Source: Planctomycetota bacterium (lineage in GTDB: Bacteria > Planctomycetota > PLA2 > JAEUHO01). Taken from it: 64,000 bases of DNA. A program made the translations under genes and the position numbers. Below are positions 1 through 10,293 of the stretch, piece after piece. Under the pieces are notes generated by a model, which saw only the letters and a list, made by a program, of their open reading frames with translations, did not search any database and was not told the origin of the DNA. Within the stretch, counting starts at the first letter, position 1, and each line of letters starts with the position of its first letter. Location of the stretch: contig CBDCWP010000007.1 in the NCBI GenBank assembly GCA_965223505.1, positions 66,640 to 130,639 on the forward strand, given 5' to 3'.

Positions 1-2
1 CG

Positions 3-251
3 CGGGAGCACGTCGAGCTTCCGGTCCCGACCCACATCCGCAATGCCCCGACGCGCCTGGCCAAGTCGCTCGGCCACGGCGAGGGGTACCGATATCCGCA
101 CGCGTTCGAGCACGCGTACGTCGCGCAGGCGTACCTGCCCGATGCGCTTGCCGACCTCTCGCTCTACGCGCCCACGGAGGTCGGGGACGAGCGCGAGACG
201 GCGAAGCGTTGGGCCTGGTGGCGCAAGTTGCGCGAACAGGGCGGCGAATGA
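3..251 (+). CDS. rarA: Replication-associated recombination protein A (MgsA/RarA), C-terminal fragment, 5' truncated by the window
   Basis: Frame 3 translated by hand: ...LPVPTHIRNAPTRLAKSLGHGEGYRYPHAF...AQAYLPD..., the MgsA C-terminal signature; TGA at 249-251. Confidence 0.85.
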   Translation, partial: REHVELPVPTHIRNAPTRLAKSLGHGEGYRYPHAFEHAYVAQAYLPDALADLSLYAPTEVGDERETAKRWAWWRKLREQGGE

Positions 252-356
252 AGGTCGGTGCGATCGCTGATGTACACGTTCGGTGCGCTGGGACCGCTCT
301 ACATCGCGGTGTACACCTGGCTTGCCCGCAAGACGGAGCGCGTCCGAAGCGTCGAG

Positions 357-1559
357 CTAGGTTCCGGCGACCGTCTTGCGAAAGCGGCGCACGAACTCGT
401 CCACGTTGAGCTCTTCGTCGAGCGCTCGCTGGCCCGCCGCCACCGCCGCGTCGTACGGAGCGGAGTCTTCGACCAGGGACGTGAGCGCGCTCCGGATCTT
501 GCCGGTCTCCAACGAGTGACACGCAACGCCCGCCGGATAGCGCGCGAGGAACTCCGACGGCGACGACACCTCGGGTCCGTGGAAGAAGATCGGACGCCCG
601 GATGCGAGATAGGTGGTCATCTTGTTCGGGAAGCAGAGCCGAACCGAGACCGCGCGATCCCGGTCGAACCAGTACGGCAGGTACGCAACGTGCGACGACG
701 CCATCAGGTCCGCCGCTTCCTCCGGCGTGCGCCAACCCATGCACTCGACGTAGCCCTCGGCGAACTCCGGCAGCTTCGGCTCGCGCCCGATGTGACGCAC
801 GCGCACGTCGCGGCCGGCGATCGTCCAATCGGCCTCGTCGAGGGCGCGTAGCAGCGCGTCCCACTCCGACCGCGCGTACAAGCTGCCGGCGAAGCCGATC
901 ACCAGCGGCTCGTCCGGTGCGGGATAGGCGCCGGGTGGGCGCCGTTCCTCCGGCGTCACGCCCATGATGAGCACCTCGGACTCGCGGCCGAACCGCTCGC
1001 GGTACGCGGCGCGCATCGGTTCCGACGCGGTGCCGAGTCCGTGGCACGAGCGAATGCACCGCTCGAACGCGCGGTACATGCGACGCGCGACGAGGCGGTG
1101 CATGCGCAGGTCCTTCGCGAACGACTCCGGCGGGTCGTTCACGGTCACGATGAGCGGCACCCCGAGCAGGCGCGCCGTCTCCTCGGCCATGTAGATCAAC
1201 GTCGGGCGGTGGAGCACGACCCAGACGGCCTCGACGCCCTGAGCACGGGCGAAGTCCGCCGCCTGTCGGGCGAGCGCCGGCGCCTGCACGCGCCGGATGC
1301 GGTCGTGGATCCAGAAGGAGGTCAGCGGCCGCAACGATCGCCACATGCCGCCGACCTTCTCGCGGGGACGAAGTCCCGCCATGACGGTCAGTCCCTGCCA
1401 GGTCGTGACCTCACCCGGCGTGGCCTTGCCGTCGACGCTGAAACGCACGAGACGACCCTCGGGATACCCGACACAGAGTCGTTGCAGGAAGACCGCGCCG
1501 GCGTGCGGCGCGTCCGGCGCCCCGTGAGCGACGAGCAGCAGCTTGGGCGCCGTCTCCAT
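357..1559 (-). CDS. Glycosyltransferase (GT-B fold, family 4-like)
   Basis: 400 aa; IGFAGSLY and FPNKMTTYLASGRPI motifs; last gene of the sugar-nucleotide operon. Confidence 0.75.
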   Translation of the reverse strand: METAPKLLLVAHGAPDAPHAGAVFLQRLCVGYPEGRLVRFSVDGKATPGEVTTWQGLTVMAGLRPREKVGGMWRSLRPLTSFWIHDRIRRVQAPALARQAADFARAQGVEAVWVVLHRPTLIYMAEETARLLGVPLIVTVNDPPESFAKDLRMHRLVARRMYRAFERCIRSCHGLGTASEPMRAAYRERFGRESEVLIMGVTPEERRPPGAYPAPDEPLVIGFAGSLYARSEWDALLRALDEADWTIAGRDVRVRHIGREPKLPEFAEGYVECMGWRTPEEAADLMASSHVAYLPYWFDRDRAVSVRLCFPNKMTTYLASGRPIFFHGPEVSSPSEFLARYPAGVACHSLETGKIRSALTSLVEDSAPYDAAVAAGQRALDEELNVDEFVRRFRKTVAGT

Positions 1560-1562
1560 GGA

Positions 1563-2651
1563 CTACTCGCCGTGACGGTGGCTCATCAGGATGCCGCGCA
1601 CCGTATCGCTGACGTTCTCGACGAGGTATTCGGGGGGCGGCGTCCAGTGGCCGCCCCGAACCAGCGCGGCGCCGACGCAACGCTCGATCGTGTCGGGGTC
1701 GGCGCCCGCCAGGAGATTGCTGCCGCACTCGAGCGTCTCGGGCCGCTCGGTCACGTCGCGAATCGTCACGTTCGGCACGCCGAAGATGCAGCACTCCTCC
1801 TGCACGGTGCCGCTGTCGCTCAAGACGCAGCGCGCGTTGCGCTCCAGATGAACGAAGTCGAAGAACGAGAACGGCGGCAGGAACCGCACTTCGCCTCCGG
1901 CGGCGTCCACGCCGTGGTGCGTCATGCGGTCCTTGGTGCGCGGATGCGTGCTCACGACGACGGGCACCCCGTGCGCCTTCGCGAGCCGACGAAGGGCCGT
2001 CGTGAGCGCGCGCAGGCGCGGCTCGACGTCGACGTTCTCCGCACGGTGCATCGTGACGACGAAGTACGCGCCGTCTTCGAGGCCCAGCTCGTCGCGGATC
2101 GTGGACGCTTCGATCGAGGGCGCGTGGTGGTTCAGCACCTCGAGGATCGGATTGCCGGTGACGATGACCCGTTGGCCTTCGAAGCCTTCGCGCAGCAGGT
2201 TCATCCGGCTGCGCTCCGTGTAGGGCATCAGCACGTCGCTCGAGTGATCGATGACGCGGCGATTGACCTCTTCGGGCACGCGATCGTCGAAGCAGCGGTT
2301 GCCGGCTTCCATGTGGTAGACGGGGATCCCCATGCGCTTCGCGACGACGGCCGACAAGCCGCTGTTGGTGTCCCCCAGGATCAGCAGCCGGTCCGGTCGC
2401 TCCTCGTCCAGAACGCGCTCGCTCTCGGCCAGGATGTTGCCGATCTGCCGGCCGAACCCGTCGGCGCGAACGTCGAGCCGGTGATCGGGCGCGCGCACGC
2501 CGAGCTGATCGAAGAACACGTCCGAAAGCGCGGGGTCGTGGTTCTGCCCCGTGTGTACCAGCACGTGGTCGCAGGACTTGTCGAGCTTGTCGATCACGAG
2601 CGACAACCGGATGATCTCGGGGCGCGTGCCGAGGATGGTGACGATCTTCAT
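1563..2651 (-). CDS. Non-hydrolysing UDP-N-acetylhexosamine 2-epimerase (WecB/FnlC/WbjD family)
   Basis: Starts MKIVTILGTRPEIIRLS; HTGQN, GDTNS, HMEAGNR and DSGTVQEE motifs; ATGA overlap with the upstream gene. Confidence 0.9.
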   Translation of the reverse strand: MKIVTILGTRPEIIRLSLVIDKLDKSCDHVLVHTGQNHDPALSDVFFDQLGVRAPDHRLDVRADGFGRQIGNILAESERVLDEERPDRLLILGDTNSGLSAVVAKRMGIPVYHMEAGNRCFDDRVPEEVNRRVIDHSSDVLMPYTERSRMNLLREGFEGQRVIVTGNPILEVLNHHAPSIEASTIRDELGLEDGAYFVVTMHRAENVDVEPRLRALTTALRRLAKAHGVPVVVSTHPRTKDRMTHHGVDAAGGEVRFLPPFSFFDFVHLERNARCVLSDSGTVQEECCIFGVPNVTIRDVTERPETLECGSNLLAGADPDTIERCVGAALVRGGHWTPPPEYLVENVSDTVRGILMSHRHGE

Positions 2652-3712
2652 GCCAGCAGCTCGTCCGTCTCTTCCGCGCGATCGTCGACGTGGAGCCGGT
2701 GCTTCGCGAGCAGCGCGTCGAGCTCGTCGCGGGTCATGAGGAAGTCGCCGGAGCTGTACTCCTTCGTCAGCGCGGGCTCGATGCCGTCGGCCTGCGCGAG
2801 CTCCGGAAGGATCGGCCTGACGACGTAGTAGTCGCCGCGCTCGACCGTGCGATGCACCTCTTCCTCGGACACGAGGATCTCGTGCACCTTCTCGCCCGGC
2901 CGAATGCCGATGACCTTCGTCTCGATCGGCCGGTCGCCGATCAGCGCGGCGGCCAGGTCGGTCACCCCGGCGGCCGGCACGCGCGGGATGTACATGTCGC
3001 CGCGCTCGCCGCCCGTCAACGCCGCGAAGACGGTGTCGACGGCCTGGTCGAGGCTCAGGAGGAAGCGCGTCATCTCCGCGGTCGTGATCGTCACGGGACC
3101 GCCGGCGCGAATCTGCTCGTGGAAGAGCGGGATGACCGAGCCGCGCGAGCTCAGGACGTTGCCGTAACGAACGCAGACGAAGCGCGTGTTGGGCGCGTCG
3201 AGGTTCGCCTTGATGAAGATGCGCTCCTGGATCGCCTTGGTCATGCCCATGACGTTGACGGGCTTGCAAGCCTTGTCGGTGCTGATGCCGATGACGGTGT
3301 CCACCGGGAGCTGGTGATTGCGGATCGCCTTGACGATGTTCGACGCGCCGCCGACGTTCGTGTCGGTCGCCTGGCTCGGGAAATACTCGCAGGTGGGCAC
3401 CTGCTTGAGCGCGGCCGCGTTGAACACGACGTCCGACTCGCGCAGCGCCGCCGTCACGTCGTTGATGTCGCGAACGTCGCCGATCCGGAAGTGGAGGGCG
3501 TCGGCGGCCGTCTGGTAGATGACCTCGTCGGTCGCCGCGCGGCGCTTGTGGTAGTGCAGCCGCATCTCGTGCTGCTTGGCTTCGTCGCGCGAGAGCACGG
3601 TGATGCGCGCGGGCGCGCCCAGCTCGCCCGACAACAGCCGCCGCACGAGCACCTTGCCGAGCGAGCCCGTGCCGCCGGTCACGAGCACGCGCTTGTTCTC
3701 AAGTACGGACAC
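2648..3712 (-). CDS. UDP-GlcNAc 4,6-dehydratase/epimerase (FnlA/CapE/WbjB family)
   Basis: VTGGTGSLG, AALKQVPTCE, STDKA, RYGNVLSSRGSVIP and GIRPGEK motifs; GTG start inferred. Confidence 0.9.
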   Translation of the reverse strand: MSVLENKRVLVTGGTGSLGKVLVRRLLSGELGAPARITVLSRDEAKQHEMRLHYHKRRAATDEVIYQTAADALHFRIGDVRDINDVTAALRESDVVFNAAALKQVPTCEYFPSQATDTNVGGASNIVKAIRNHQLPVDTVIGISTDKACKPVNVMGMTKAIQERIFIKANLDAPNTRFVCVRYGNVLSSRGSVIPLFHEQIRAGGPVTITTAEMTRFLLSLDQAVDTVFAALTGGERGDMYIPRVPAAGVTDLAAALIGDRPIETKVIGIRPGEKVHEILVSEEEVHRTVERGDYYVVRPILPELAQADGIEPALTKEYSSGDFLMTRDELDALLAKHRLHVDDRAEETDELLA

Positions 3713-4574
3713 GCCGGATCTCCTCGTAGGGGGTCGGGTCGGCCGCCATGCGCTCCACGAGCGCCGGCCACGCCGGGAACGATAGCCCGGTTGCCGTTCG
3801 GAAGCGCGAGCCATCGAGGCTGCGGTCGATCACGACGGATTCGTCGGGCTCGACCGAGACGCCTGCGCCGTAGGCGGCGTCGATCAGGCGCAGCAGCTCG
3901 AGCTTGTCGATGGGGTCCGCTGCGACGTGGTAGATGCCCTCGAGCTTCGGGTGGTGCTCGGCGATCTGCTCGACGGCCTGCGCCAGCTCGAGCGTGGGCA
4001 CGCCGCTGAAGACGGCCTTCGCGTAGCCCTTCACCGCGCCGCCGCGGTTGGACAGGAACCACTCGACGAGCCCCTGCGTGCTCGCCAGCTCCCGGCCGAT
4101 GATCGACGTGCGAAGCGTGAGACACCCCGGTCCCTCGACCTCGCCCAGGCGCTTCGAGCGACCGTACAGATCGTCCGCGTCCGGCGTGTCCGACTCGCGG
4201 TAGCCGCCCTTCGCGCCGCGGAACACGCAGTCGGTGCTGAAGTGGATCAAGCGCGCGTTCGCAGCCCGGCACGCGTCGGCCAACCGGTGGGGGAGCGCGG
4301 TGTTGATCGCGGCCGCCTCGTCGGGATCGAGCTCGCGTTGCTTGACGAGGCCGATCGCGTTGAGCACCAGCGTCGGCTCCACGCGAGAGAGGAGCCGCCG
4401 CAGCTCGTCATCGTCGCGCGCATCGATCCCCGCCGCGATCTCGGCTTCCGGTGCGAGCTGCCGCAGAAGCTCGACCTGCGACGCCGAACGGACCGTACCG
4501 ACGGCGCGGGGCCCGAAGCGCTGCAGCAGCTTGTGGCCGAGCATGCCTGCAGCGCCCAGGACCAGAACCCGCAT
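3699..4574 (-). CDS. RmlD-like NDP-4-keto-6-deoxyhexose reductase (SDR)
   Basis: GAAGMLG, HFSTDCVF and YGRSK motifs; GGGAGG Shine-Dalgarno (SD). Confidence 0.85.
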   Translation of the reverse strand: MRVLVLGAAGMLGHKLLQRFGPRAVGTVRSASQVELLRQLAPEAEIAAGIDARDDDELRRLLSRVEPTLVLNAIGLVKQRELDPDEAAAINTALPHRLADACRAANARLIHFSTDCVFRGAKGGYRESDTPDADDLYGRSKRLGEVEGPGCLTLRTSIIGRELASTQGLVEWFLSNRGGAVKGYAKAVFSGVPTLELAQAVEQIAEHHPKLEGIYHVAADPIDKLELLRLIDAAYGAGVSVEPDESVVIDRSLDGSRFRTATGLSFPAWPALVERMAADPTPYEEIRRVRT

Positions 4575-4589
4575 TCGCGCCGAGCCTCC

Positions 4590-5252
4590 CTACCACTTCT
4601 CGAACCAGCGCACCATGCGCTTGGCGAATCGGCCGCGCATCCCGCCGGCGGCGCCGCGGTCCGGCTCTCCGTCGAAGTTGCGAAACGCCCAGATGGCGCC
4701 GAACGGGTCGTCGACGGGGTTGCCGTCATCGTCTTTCGTGTGGAACGCCTTGCAGCAGACGAGCTCCCAGCCGTCACCGAAGTCCTCGGGATCCCAGCCG
4801 GAGCGATGCGTCTGCCAGTACGCGCCGTCCATGCCCCAGCGGTCTTCGGCGCCCTCGTGCTCGTACGACTGCGGGAAGAACCCCAGCGGCGTGAAGATCA
4901 TGACCTGTTGCCGGGCGACGCGTTCCGCCTCGGCCAGGAACTTGACGCCGTCCTCCTTCTCCATGTGCTCGACGACGTCGAGCGCAAAGACGCTGTCGAC
5001 GGCGTCGTCGGGCAGGAGCGGTAGGACCTGGTCCCAGGTGCCGTTCAGCGGCACGAAGCGGCGCGGGTCCTTCTGGCCGGCCAGCATGGTCTCGATGTAC
5101 GGCTTGTGCGGCTCGACGACGAGGTGGGTTCGCGCGCGAAAGTAGTCCATGGGCCGGATGCCCGCGCCGACGTCCAACACGACGTCCGTACGCCGCACGC
5201 GCGCGCGCACCGCGTCCTTGGCTTCCTTGCGTTCGACCCACGTGACCGACAT
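4590..5252 (-). CDS. Class I SAM-dependent methyltransferase
   Basis: VLDVGAG motif I and ALDVVEHM; ATG 5252 preceded by GGAG. Confidence 0.75.
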   Translation of the reverse strand: MSVTWVERKEAKDAVRARVRRTDVVLDVGAGIRPMDYFRARTHLVVEPHKPYIETMLAGQKDPRRFVPLNGTWDQVLPLLPDDAVDSVFALDVVEHMEKEDGVKFLAEAERVARQQVMIFTPLGFFPQSYEHEGAEDRWGMDGAYWQTHRSGWDPEDFGDGWELVCCKAFHTKDDDGNPVDDPFGAIWAFRNFDGEPDRGAAGGMRGRFAKRMVRWFEKW

Positions 5253-5334
5253 GTCTCTCCTTCGCGCCGGGGGACAAGCATAGGCGCGCGAACGTACGGG
5301 CAAACCTCGGCCCGAGACGAGGGCCGGGGCGATC

Positions 5335-6132
5335 ATGCTCCGCATGATCGACGTCGCACGCAAGGTCGCGGAGGAAGCCGGTGCGCTGCTCATGGAGCGA
5401 TTCGGTCGGCTATCGGGTCCCGAGATCGAACGCCATGGCCGGCGCGACGTCGTCACCGCCGCGGACCGCGCGGCGGAGGACCTCATCCGCCGCCGGCTCG
5501 AGGGCTACGACGCGGGCATCCCCGTCTTGAGCGAAGAGGACGCGCGCGACGCCGCGCCCGACCGCTCCGGCGGTGCACAGTGGATCGTCGATCCGCTGGA
5601 CGGGACCGTGAACTTCATCCAGGGCATCCCCGTCTTCGCGGTGAGCATCGGGCTCGTCGAGGACGGGCAGCCGCAGCTGGGCGTGATTCACGCGCCGGCC
5701 CTCGGGCAGACGTTCTGGGGCGCGCCGGGCGCGGGCGTGTTCGACGGCAAGCGGCCCGTTTCGGTCAGCGCCACACCGCTGCTCGAGGAGGCGATCGTCG
5801 CGACGGGGTTCGCCTACGGCCGCAACGAGCTCGAGGACGACAACTTCGAGAACGTGCGCCGCATCGGCCTGACGGCGCGCGGGTTGCGGCGCATGGGGGC
5901 GGCCGCCGTGGACCTGGCGTACGTCGCCTCCGGGCGACTCGACGGGTTCTGGGAGCTGCATCTCAAACCGTGGGACGTGGCGGCGGGGGCGGCCCTGATT
6001 CGAGCCGCCGGCGGCCGTGTGTCGGACGCGCGCGGCGGCGAGGATTGGCTCTTTGGAGGGCATGTCGTGGCCACCAACGGCCTGCTTCACGAGCCGCTTC
6101 GCACGGCCCTCGCCCCGCTGAAGGCGCTCTAG
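5335..6132 (+). CDS. suhB: Inositol monophosphatase family protein
   Basis: WIVDPLDGTVNF, RRMGAAAVDLAYVA and KPWDVAAG motifs. Confidence 0.85.
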   Translation: MLRMIDVARKVAEEAGALLMERFGRLSGPEIERHGRRDVVTAADRAAEDLIRRRLEGYDAGIPVLSEEDARDAAPDRSGGAQWIVDPLDGTVNFIQGIPVFAVSIGLVEDGQPQLGVIHAPALGQTFWGAPGAGVFDGKRPVSVSATPLLEEAIVATGFAYGRNELEDDNFENVRRIGLTARGLRRMGAAAVDLAYVASGRLDGFWELHLKPWDVAAGAALIRAAGGRVSDARGGEDWLFGGHVVATNGLLHEPLRTALAPLKAL

Positions 6133-6263
6133 CGAAACGAGCGGGTCCCGACTCCCAGCTTGACGCGCGACCGCGGAGGCGTAACGTCGACGCCTTCCGT
6201 CCCTGGTTTTCGCACACAGACGGAATCACCCGTACAGGCCGAGTTTTTGGGCTTCCGAGGCGA

Positions 6264-7958
6264 ATGGCACCCTCCTCAGACCGTCCCCTCATCGTTCAAA
6301 GCGATCGCTCGCTCCTTCTCGAGGTCGATGCCTCGGGCTACGCGCCCTGCCGGGACGCGATCGCGCCGTTCTGTGAGCTGCTCAAGTCGCCCGAGCACGT
6401 GCACACGTATCGGTTGACGCCGCTCTCGATCTGGAACGCCGCGGCCTCCGGCATGTCGGCGCAAGAGATGGAAGACGCGCTCCAGCGCTTCAGCCGCTTC
6501 GACGTCCCGTCCAACGTGCTGCGGGACATCCGGGATCTCCATCGTCGCTACGGGCGGCTACGGCTCGAAGAGGGCGACGACGGCGAGCTGCGCCTGTCGG
6601 CGGACGAGGCCGAGCTTCTCGACCAGGTGCAGTCGAGCGCGCTCACCAAGGAACTCGTCGGCGCGCGCAACAACGGCCATCTCAGCGTGGCGCGTCACCA
6701 CCGCGGCGAGGTGAAGCGCATGCTCATCAAGCTCGGCTGGCCCGTCGAGGACGTCGCCGGATACGTCGACGGCGGACCGCTCGAGATCAGACTCGCGGGG
6801 CAGACCAACGGCTCGCCCTTCGGCCTGCGCGACTACCAGGGCGACGCGGTGGACATCTTCTACCGCGACGGAACCGTCGAAGGCGGCTCGGGCGTGATCG
6901 TGCTGCCCTGCGGCGCCGGCAAGACGGTCGTCGGCATGGGCGTGATGTCGCGCGTCGGACGCAAGACGCTCATTCTCACGACCAACCACACGGCCGTGAA
7001 GCAGTGGCGCGAAGAGCTGCTCGACAAGACCGAGCTGACCGACGACGACATCGGCGAGTACACGGGCGTCGCGAAGGAGGTGCGGCCGGTCACGATCAGC
7101 ACCTACCAGATCCTCACGTACCGTCGTCGCAAGACGGACCCGTTCGTGCACTTCGATCTCTTCCAGCAGAACGACTGGGGGCTGATCATCTACGACGAGG
7201 TGCACCTGCTGCCCGCCCCGGTGTTTCGCGCGACCGCCGACATCCAGGCCACGCGGCGCCTCGGCCTCACCGCGACGCTGGTGCGCGAGGACGGACACGA
7301 AGAAGACGTGTTCACGCTCATCGGGCCGAAGCGATTCGACCTGCCGTGGAAGGTCCTCGAGCGCCAGGGCTGGATCGCCGAGGCGCACTGCCGCGAGGTG
7401 CGCGTTCCGATGGACGCCGAGCTGCGCAAGCGCTACGTGCTCGCGGGCCAACGCGCGCAGTTTCGCATCGCCGCCGAGAACCCGGCGAAGATCGATCTGC
7501 TCCAGTCGATCCTCGCGCGTCACGAGAACGATCTCGTCATCGTGATCGGCCAGTACCTCGATCAGCTCGATCAGGTAGCGCGCCGCATTCGCGCGCCGTT
7601 GATCACCGGCAAGACGCCGAAAGAAGATCGCATCGAGCTCTACCGCAAGTTCCGCGAGGGCGAAGACACCGTGCTGATCGTCAGCAAGGTCGGCAACTTC
7701 GCCGTCGACCTGCCCGAAGCCAGCGTCATCGTGCAGATGTCGGGGACGTTCGGATCGCGCCAGGAAGAAGCGCAGCGCCTCGGTCGCGTGCTGCGCCCGA
7801 AGTCGGACGGCCGCGGCGCGCGGTTCTACACGCTCGTCAGCGACGAGACGGTCGAACAGGACTTCGCACAGCATCGCCAGCTGTTCCTGACGGAGCAGGG
7901 ATACGCGTACGAGATCATCGATGCATCCAGCGTGCTACAGGACGGCGGTCCTGCATGA
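6264..7958 (+). CDS. XPB/Rad25-like DNA helicase
   Basis: PLIVQSDRSLLLEV N-terminus, LPCGAGKT Walker A, DEVH box, SRQEEAQRLGR. Confidence 0.9.
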   Translation: MAPSSDRPLIVQSDRSLLLEVDASGYAPCRDAIAPFCELLKSPEHVHTYRLTPLSIWNAAASGMSAQEMEDALQRFSRFDVPSNVLRDIRDLHRRYGRLRLEEGDDGELRLSADEAELLDQVQSSALTKELVGARNNGHLSVARHHRGEVKRMLIKLGWPVEDVAGYVDGGPLEIRLAGQTNGSPFGLRDYQGDAVDIFYRDGTVEGGSGVIVLPCGAGKTVVGMGVMSRVGRKTLILTTNHTAVKQWREELLDKTELTDDDIGEYTGVAKEVRPVTISTYQILTYRRRKTDPFVHFDLFQQNDWGLIIYDEVHLLPAPVFRATADIQATRRLGLTATLVREDGHEEDVFTLIGPKRFDLPWKVLERQGWIAEAHCREVRVPMDAELRKRYVLAGQRAQFRIAAENPAKIDLLQSILARHENDLVIVIGQYLDQLDQVARRIRAPLITGKTPKEDRIELYRKFREGEDTVLIVSKVGNFAVDLPEASVIVQMSGTFGSRQEEAQRLGRVLRPKSDGRGARFYTLVSDETVEQDFAQHRQLFLTEQGYAYEIIDASSVLQDGGPA

Positions 7959-10006
7959 GCGCACGCAACGGGAGAGGCATCGCGCTCAAGAAGCACCTCG
8001 AGAAGACGAAGGTCGCCGACTTGAAGGGCGTCTACGCGTTCTGGTCGGGCGACGACGCGCCTCCGGGACAGAAGAAGCAGCTCGTGAGCTCGCTCGCGGC
8101 GCTCATGGAGGAAGAGGGCACCGTCTACCGCCGGGTGCGCACGCTCACGCGCAAGGTGCTCGACGTGCTGCTGTTGCTGCTGCGACGCGACCACTACGCA
8201 TCCGATCTGCCCGGGTTGTTCCAGCGGCTGCCCGGCGAGGACGCGATCGATCTCGAGTTCCACGAGGCCGAGGCCGGCCTGAAGGCGCTCTCGCGCCGGG
8301 GTTTCCTTGCCGAGGTCTCCGAGAGCGCGACGAACGGCCGCGTCGTGTACACGGTGCCGCAGGAGCTCGGCACACTGCTCACCTCGCTGTTCCGCGAAGA
8401 GACGAGGACCGTGGCCAGCGTGTTCTCGCTGCGGGAGCACGCGGCGACGATCACGGCGACCGAGCGCGAACGGCTTCGCAAGTCGTTCCCGAAGCTCAAC
8501 GGCGCCCCGCACGCGGAGGACGTCGAGCGCATTTTCGGCGCGGACGGCGCGCCCGCGTTGCTCGACCGGCTGACACCGGAGCTGCGCGACGTCTTCGAGC
8601 ACGCGCGTCGCCGGTACGGCGGGGTCGCGCTTCGATCGCAGTGGAGCGCACGAAGCGAGCTCAAGAACGTCAGGTGGGATCGCAAGTCGTGGGCGGCGGC
8701 CCTCGAGTCGGCGGCGCTCGGTACCGTCGCCCGACTCGCGCTCAACTCGTACGGCATCGCCTGCGACGACGAGGCGCTCGTCATCTTCACCGAGGTGATC
8801 GAAGACCTGATCGCGCGCGAGAGCGAGGATGCGTTCGAGCACGACGAGGTGCTGCGCTCGGGCTGCGACCTCATCGCCGACATGGGCCACTATCTCGAGT
8901 ACGTCCGCCGCAACCCGGTCAAGGTCAGCCGCAAGGGCGAGGTCTACAAGGCGGGCAAGAGGAAGATCCAGAACGGCTTCGTGTTCCGCGCGTGTTTCCT
9001 GGCCGACGCGAGCCGGATCTGGGACGAGGTTCACCACGCGGCGGACCATCTCGCGCTGGTGGCGACGGGCGGCGACGGGTTCCTCGAGCTTCGTCCCGAG
9101 GCGGAGGCGTTCCTGAAGCACCCGCTCGAAGAGAAGGTGATGGAGCTCTATCGGGTCGCGCTCGAGCAGCCCGGCTCCAAGGGCCGCAGCCTGCATCAAC
9201 ACGAGCTTCGCACGGTCGTGGCGCAGCTTCTCCGCGAGCATCCGCAGCGTTGGTGGCGCGGTCGTTCGCTCGCCATGCTCGCGCGGCACCGCTACTTCGC
9301 CACGCTCGACGAGCGGGGCATCAAGGACCGACACCGCGACCGCTTCTTCTCGGCGTATTTCTCCGGCCGCGAGACACCGGCGGATCTGCTGCACGAGCTC
9401 GATCGGGAGTGGTTGCCGCGGTTGTTCATCCAGGGGCTGACCGAGGCCGCCGTCAAGGACGACCAGGTCGTCGCTTGGCGGCTCACGGCGCTCGGCGCGC
9501 GCGTCTTCGGCGCGGAGATCCCGGAGCTCGAGACCGGCTTGCAGCCGGTCGTCGTGAACCCGGACTTCGAGGTCATGGTGCTGCCGGACGGCGACGTGAG
9601 CGACGTCGTGCACACGCTCGACGCGTTCGCGCGTCGCGAGAAGTCCGGGGACGTCGTCCACTTCCGTCTGACCAAGGAGGCCATCGAGGCCGCGGTCGGC
9701 GCCGGGCGCTCCGTGCGCGAGCTGATCGACTTCCTCGAGGCGCGCTCCAAGGGGCAGGTTCCGCAGAACGTGATCTACACGCTCAACTCGTGGGCCGGAT
9801 CCGTGACGTTCGCCACGCTGGAGCATGGGTTCGTCCTGACCGCCGATGACGAAGCTGCGCTCGATCGGATCTTGGCCTTCGAGGAGATTTCCGCACTCGT
9901 GAAGCGCCGCCTGAGCCCGTCCGAGGCGCTGTTGCGGGAGGCGCCTTCGGACCGCAAGCTGCTCGCGACGTTGCGCGAGCGCGGCATCGAGCTCAAAGGC
10001 CCCTAA
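7955..10006 (+). CDS. XPB-associated protein with C-terminal helicase-associated (Helicase_C_3-like) domain
   Basis: ATGA overlap with XPB; C-terminal VVNPDFEVMV...LTKEAIEAA...VPQNVIYTLNSW pattern. Confidence 0.7.
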   Translation: MSARNGRGIALKKHLEKTKVADLKGVYAFWSGDDAPPGQKKQLVSSLAALMEEEGTVYRRVRTLTRKVLDVLLLLLRRDHYASDLPGLFQRLPGEDAIDLEFHEAEAGLKALSRRGFLAEVSESATNGRVVYTVPQELGTLLTSLFREETRTVASVFSLREHAATITATERERLRKSFPKLNGAPHAEDVERIFGADGAPALLDRLTPELRDVFEHARRRYGGVALRSQWSARSELKNVRWDRKSWAAALESAALGTVARLALNSYGIACDDEALVIFTEVIEDLIARESEDAFEHDEVLRSGCDLIADMGHYLEYVRRNPVKVSRKGEVYKAGKRKIQNGFVFRACFLADASRIWDEVHHAADHLALVATGGDGFLELRPEAEAFLKHPLEEKVMELYRVALEQPGSKGRSLHQHELRTVVAQLLREHPQRWWRGRSLAMLARHRYFATLDERGIKDRHRDRFFSAYFSGRETPADLLHELDREWLPRLFIQGLTEAAVKDDQVVAWRLTALGARVFGAEIPELETGLQPVVVNPDFEVMVLPDGDVSDVVHTLDAFARREKSGDVVHFRLTKEAIEAAVGAGRSVRELIDFLEARSKGQVPQNVIYTLNSWAGSVTFATLEHGFVLTADDEAALDRILAFEEISALVKRRLSPSEALLREAPSDRKLLATLRERGIELKGP

Positions 10007-10293
10007 ACGGCGGGCGATCGGGGCCGAGCGGATGCGCACGGCCGCAAGACGGCTTGACGCTGTGCGCAAGCGAACGCGATTGCGTCTTCCGCGTCTAAGT
10101 TCTTTTTTGAAAGCGTGTTACGTGCCGGGCACCGATGGTTGGCGCTCGGAATGTCATTTGCGCACGCTTCCGTCAGACGAGAGTTCCGCTTCTCGTCGCC
10201 GCAGGGGTGGGCTGTGGCGTTGATAAGACAAGGCGAGGGCGGCGGCGGTACGGCGCGGCCTGATCCCGGCGACGCCGTCGGGGGGAGAGATCG

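Noticed and set aside
258..851. 197-aa plus-strand ORF after rarA
   Set aside because: Most of it overlaps the glycosyltransferase on the opposite strand, and it has no motif support
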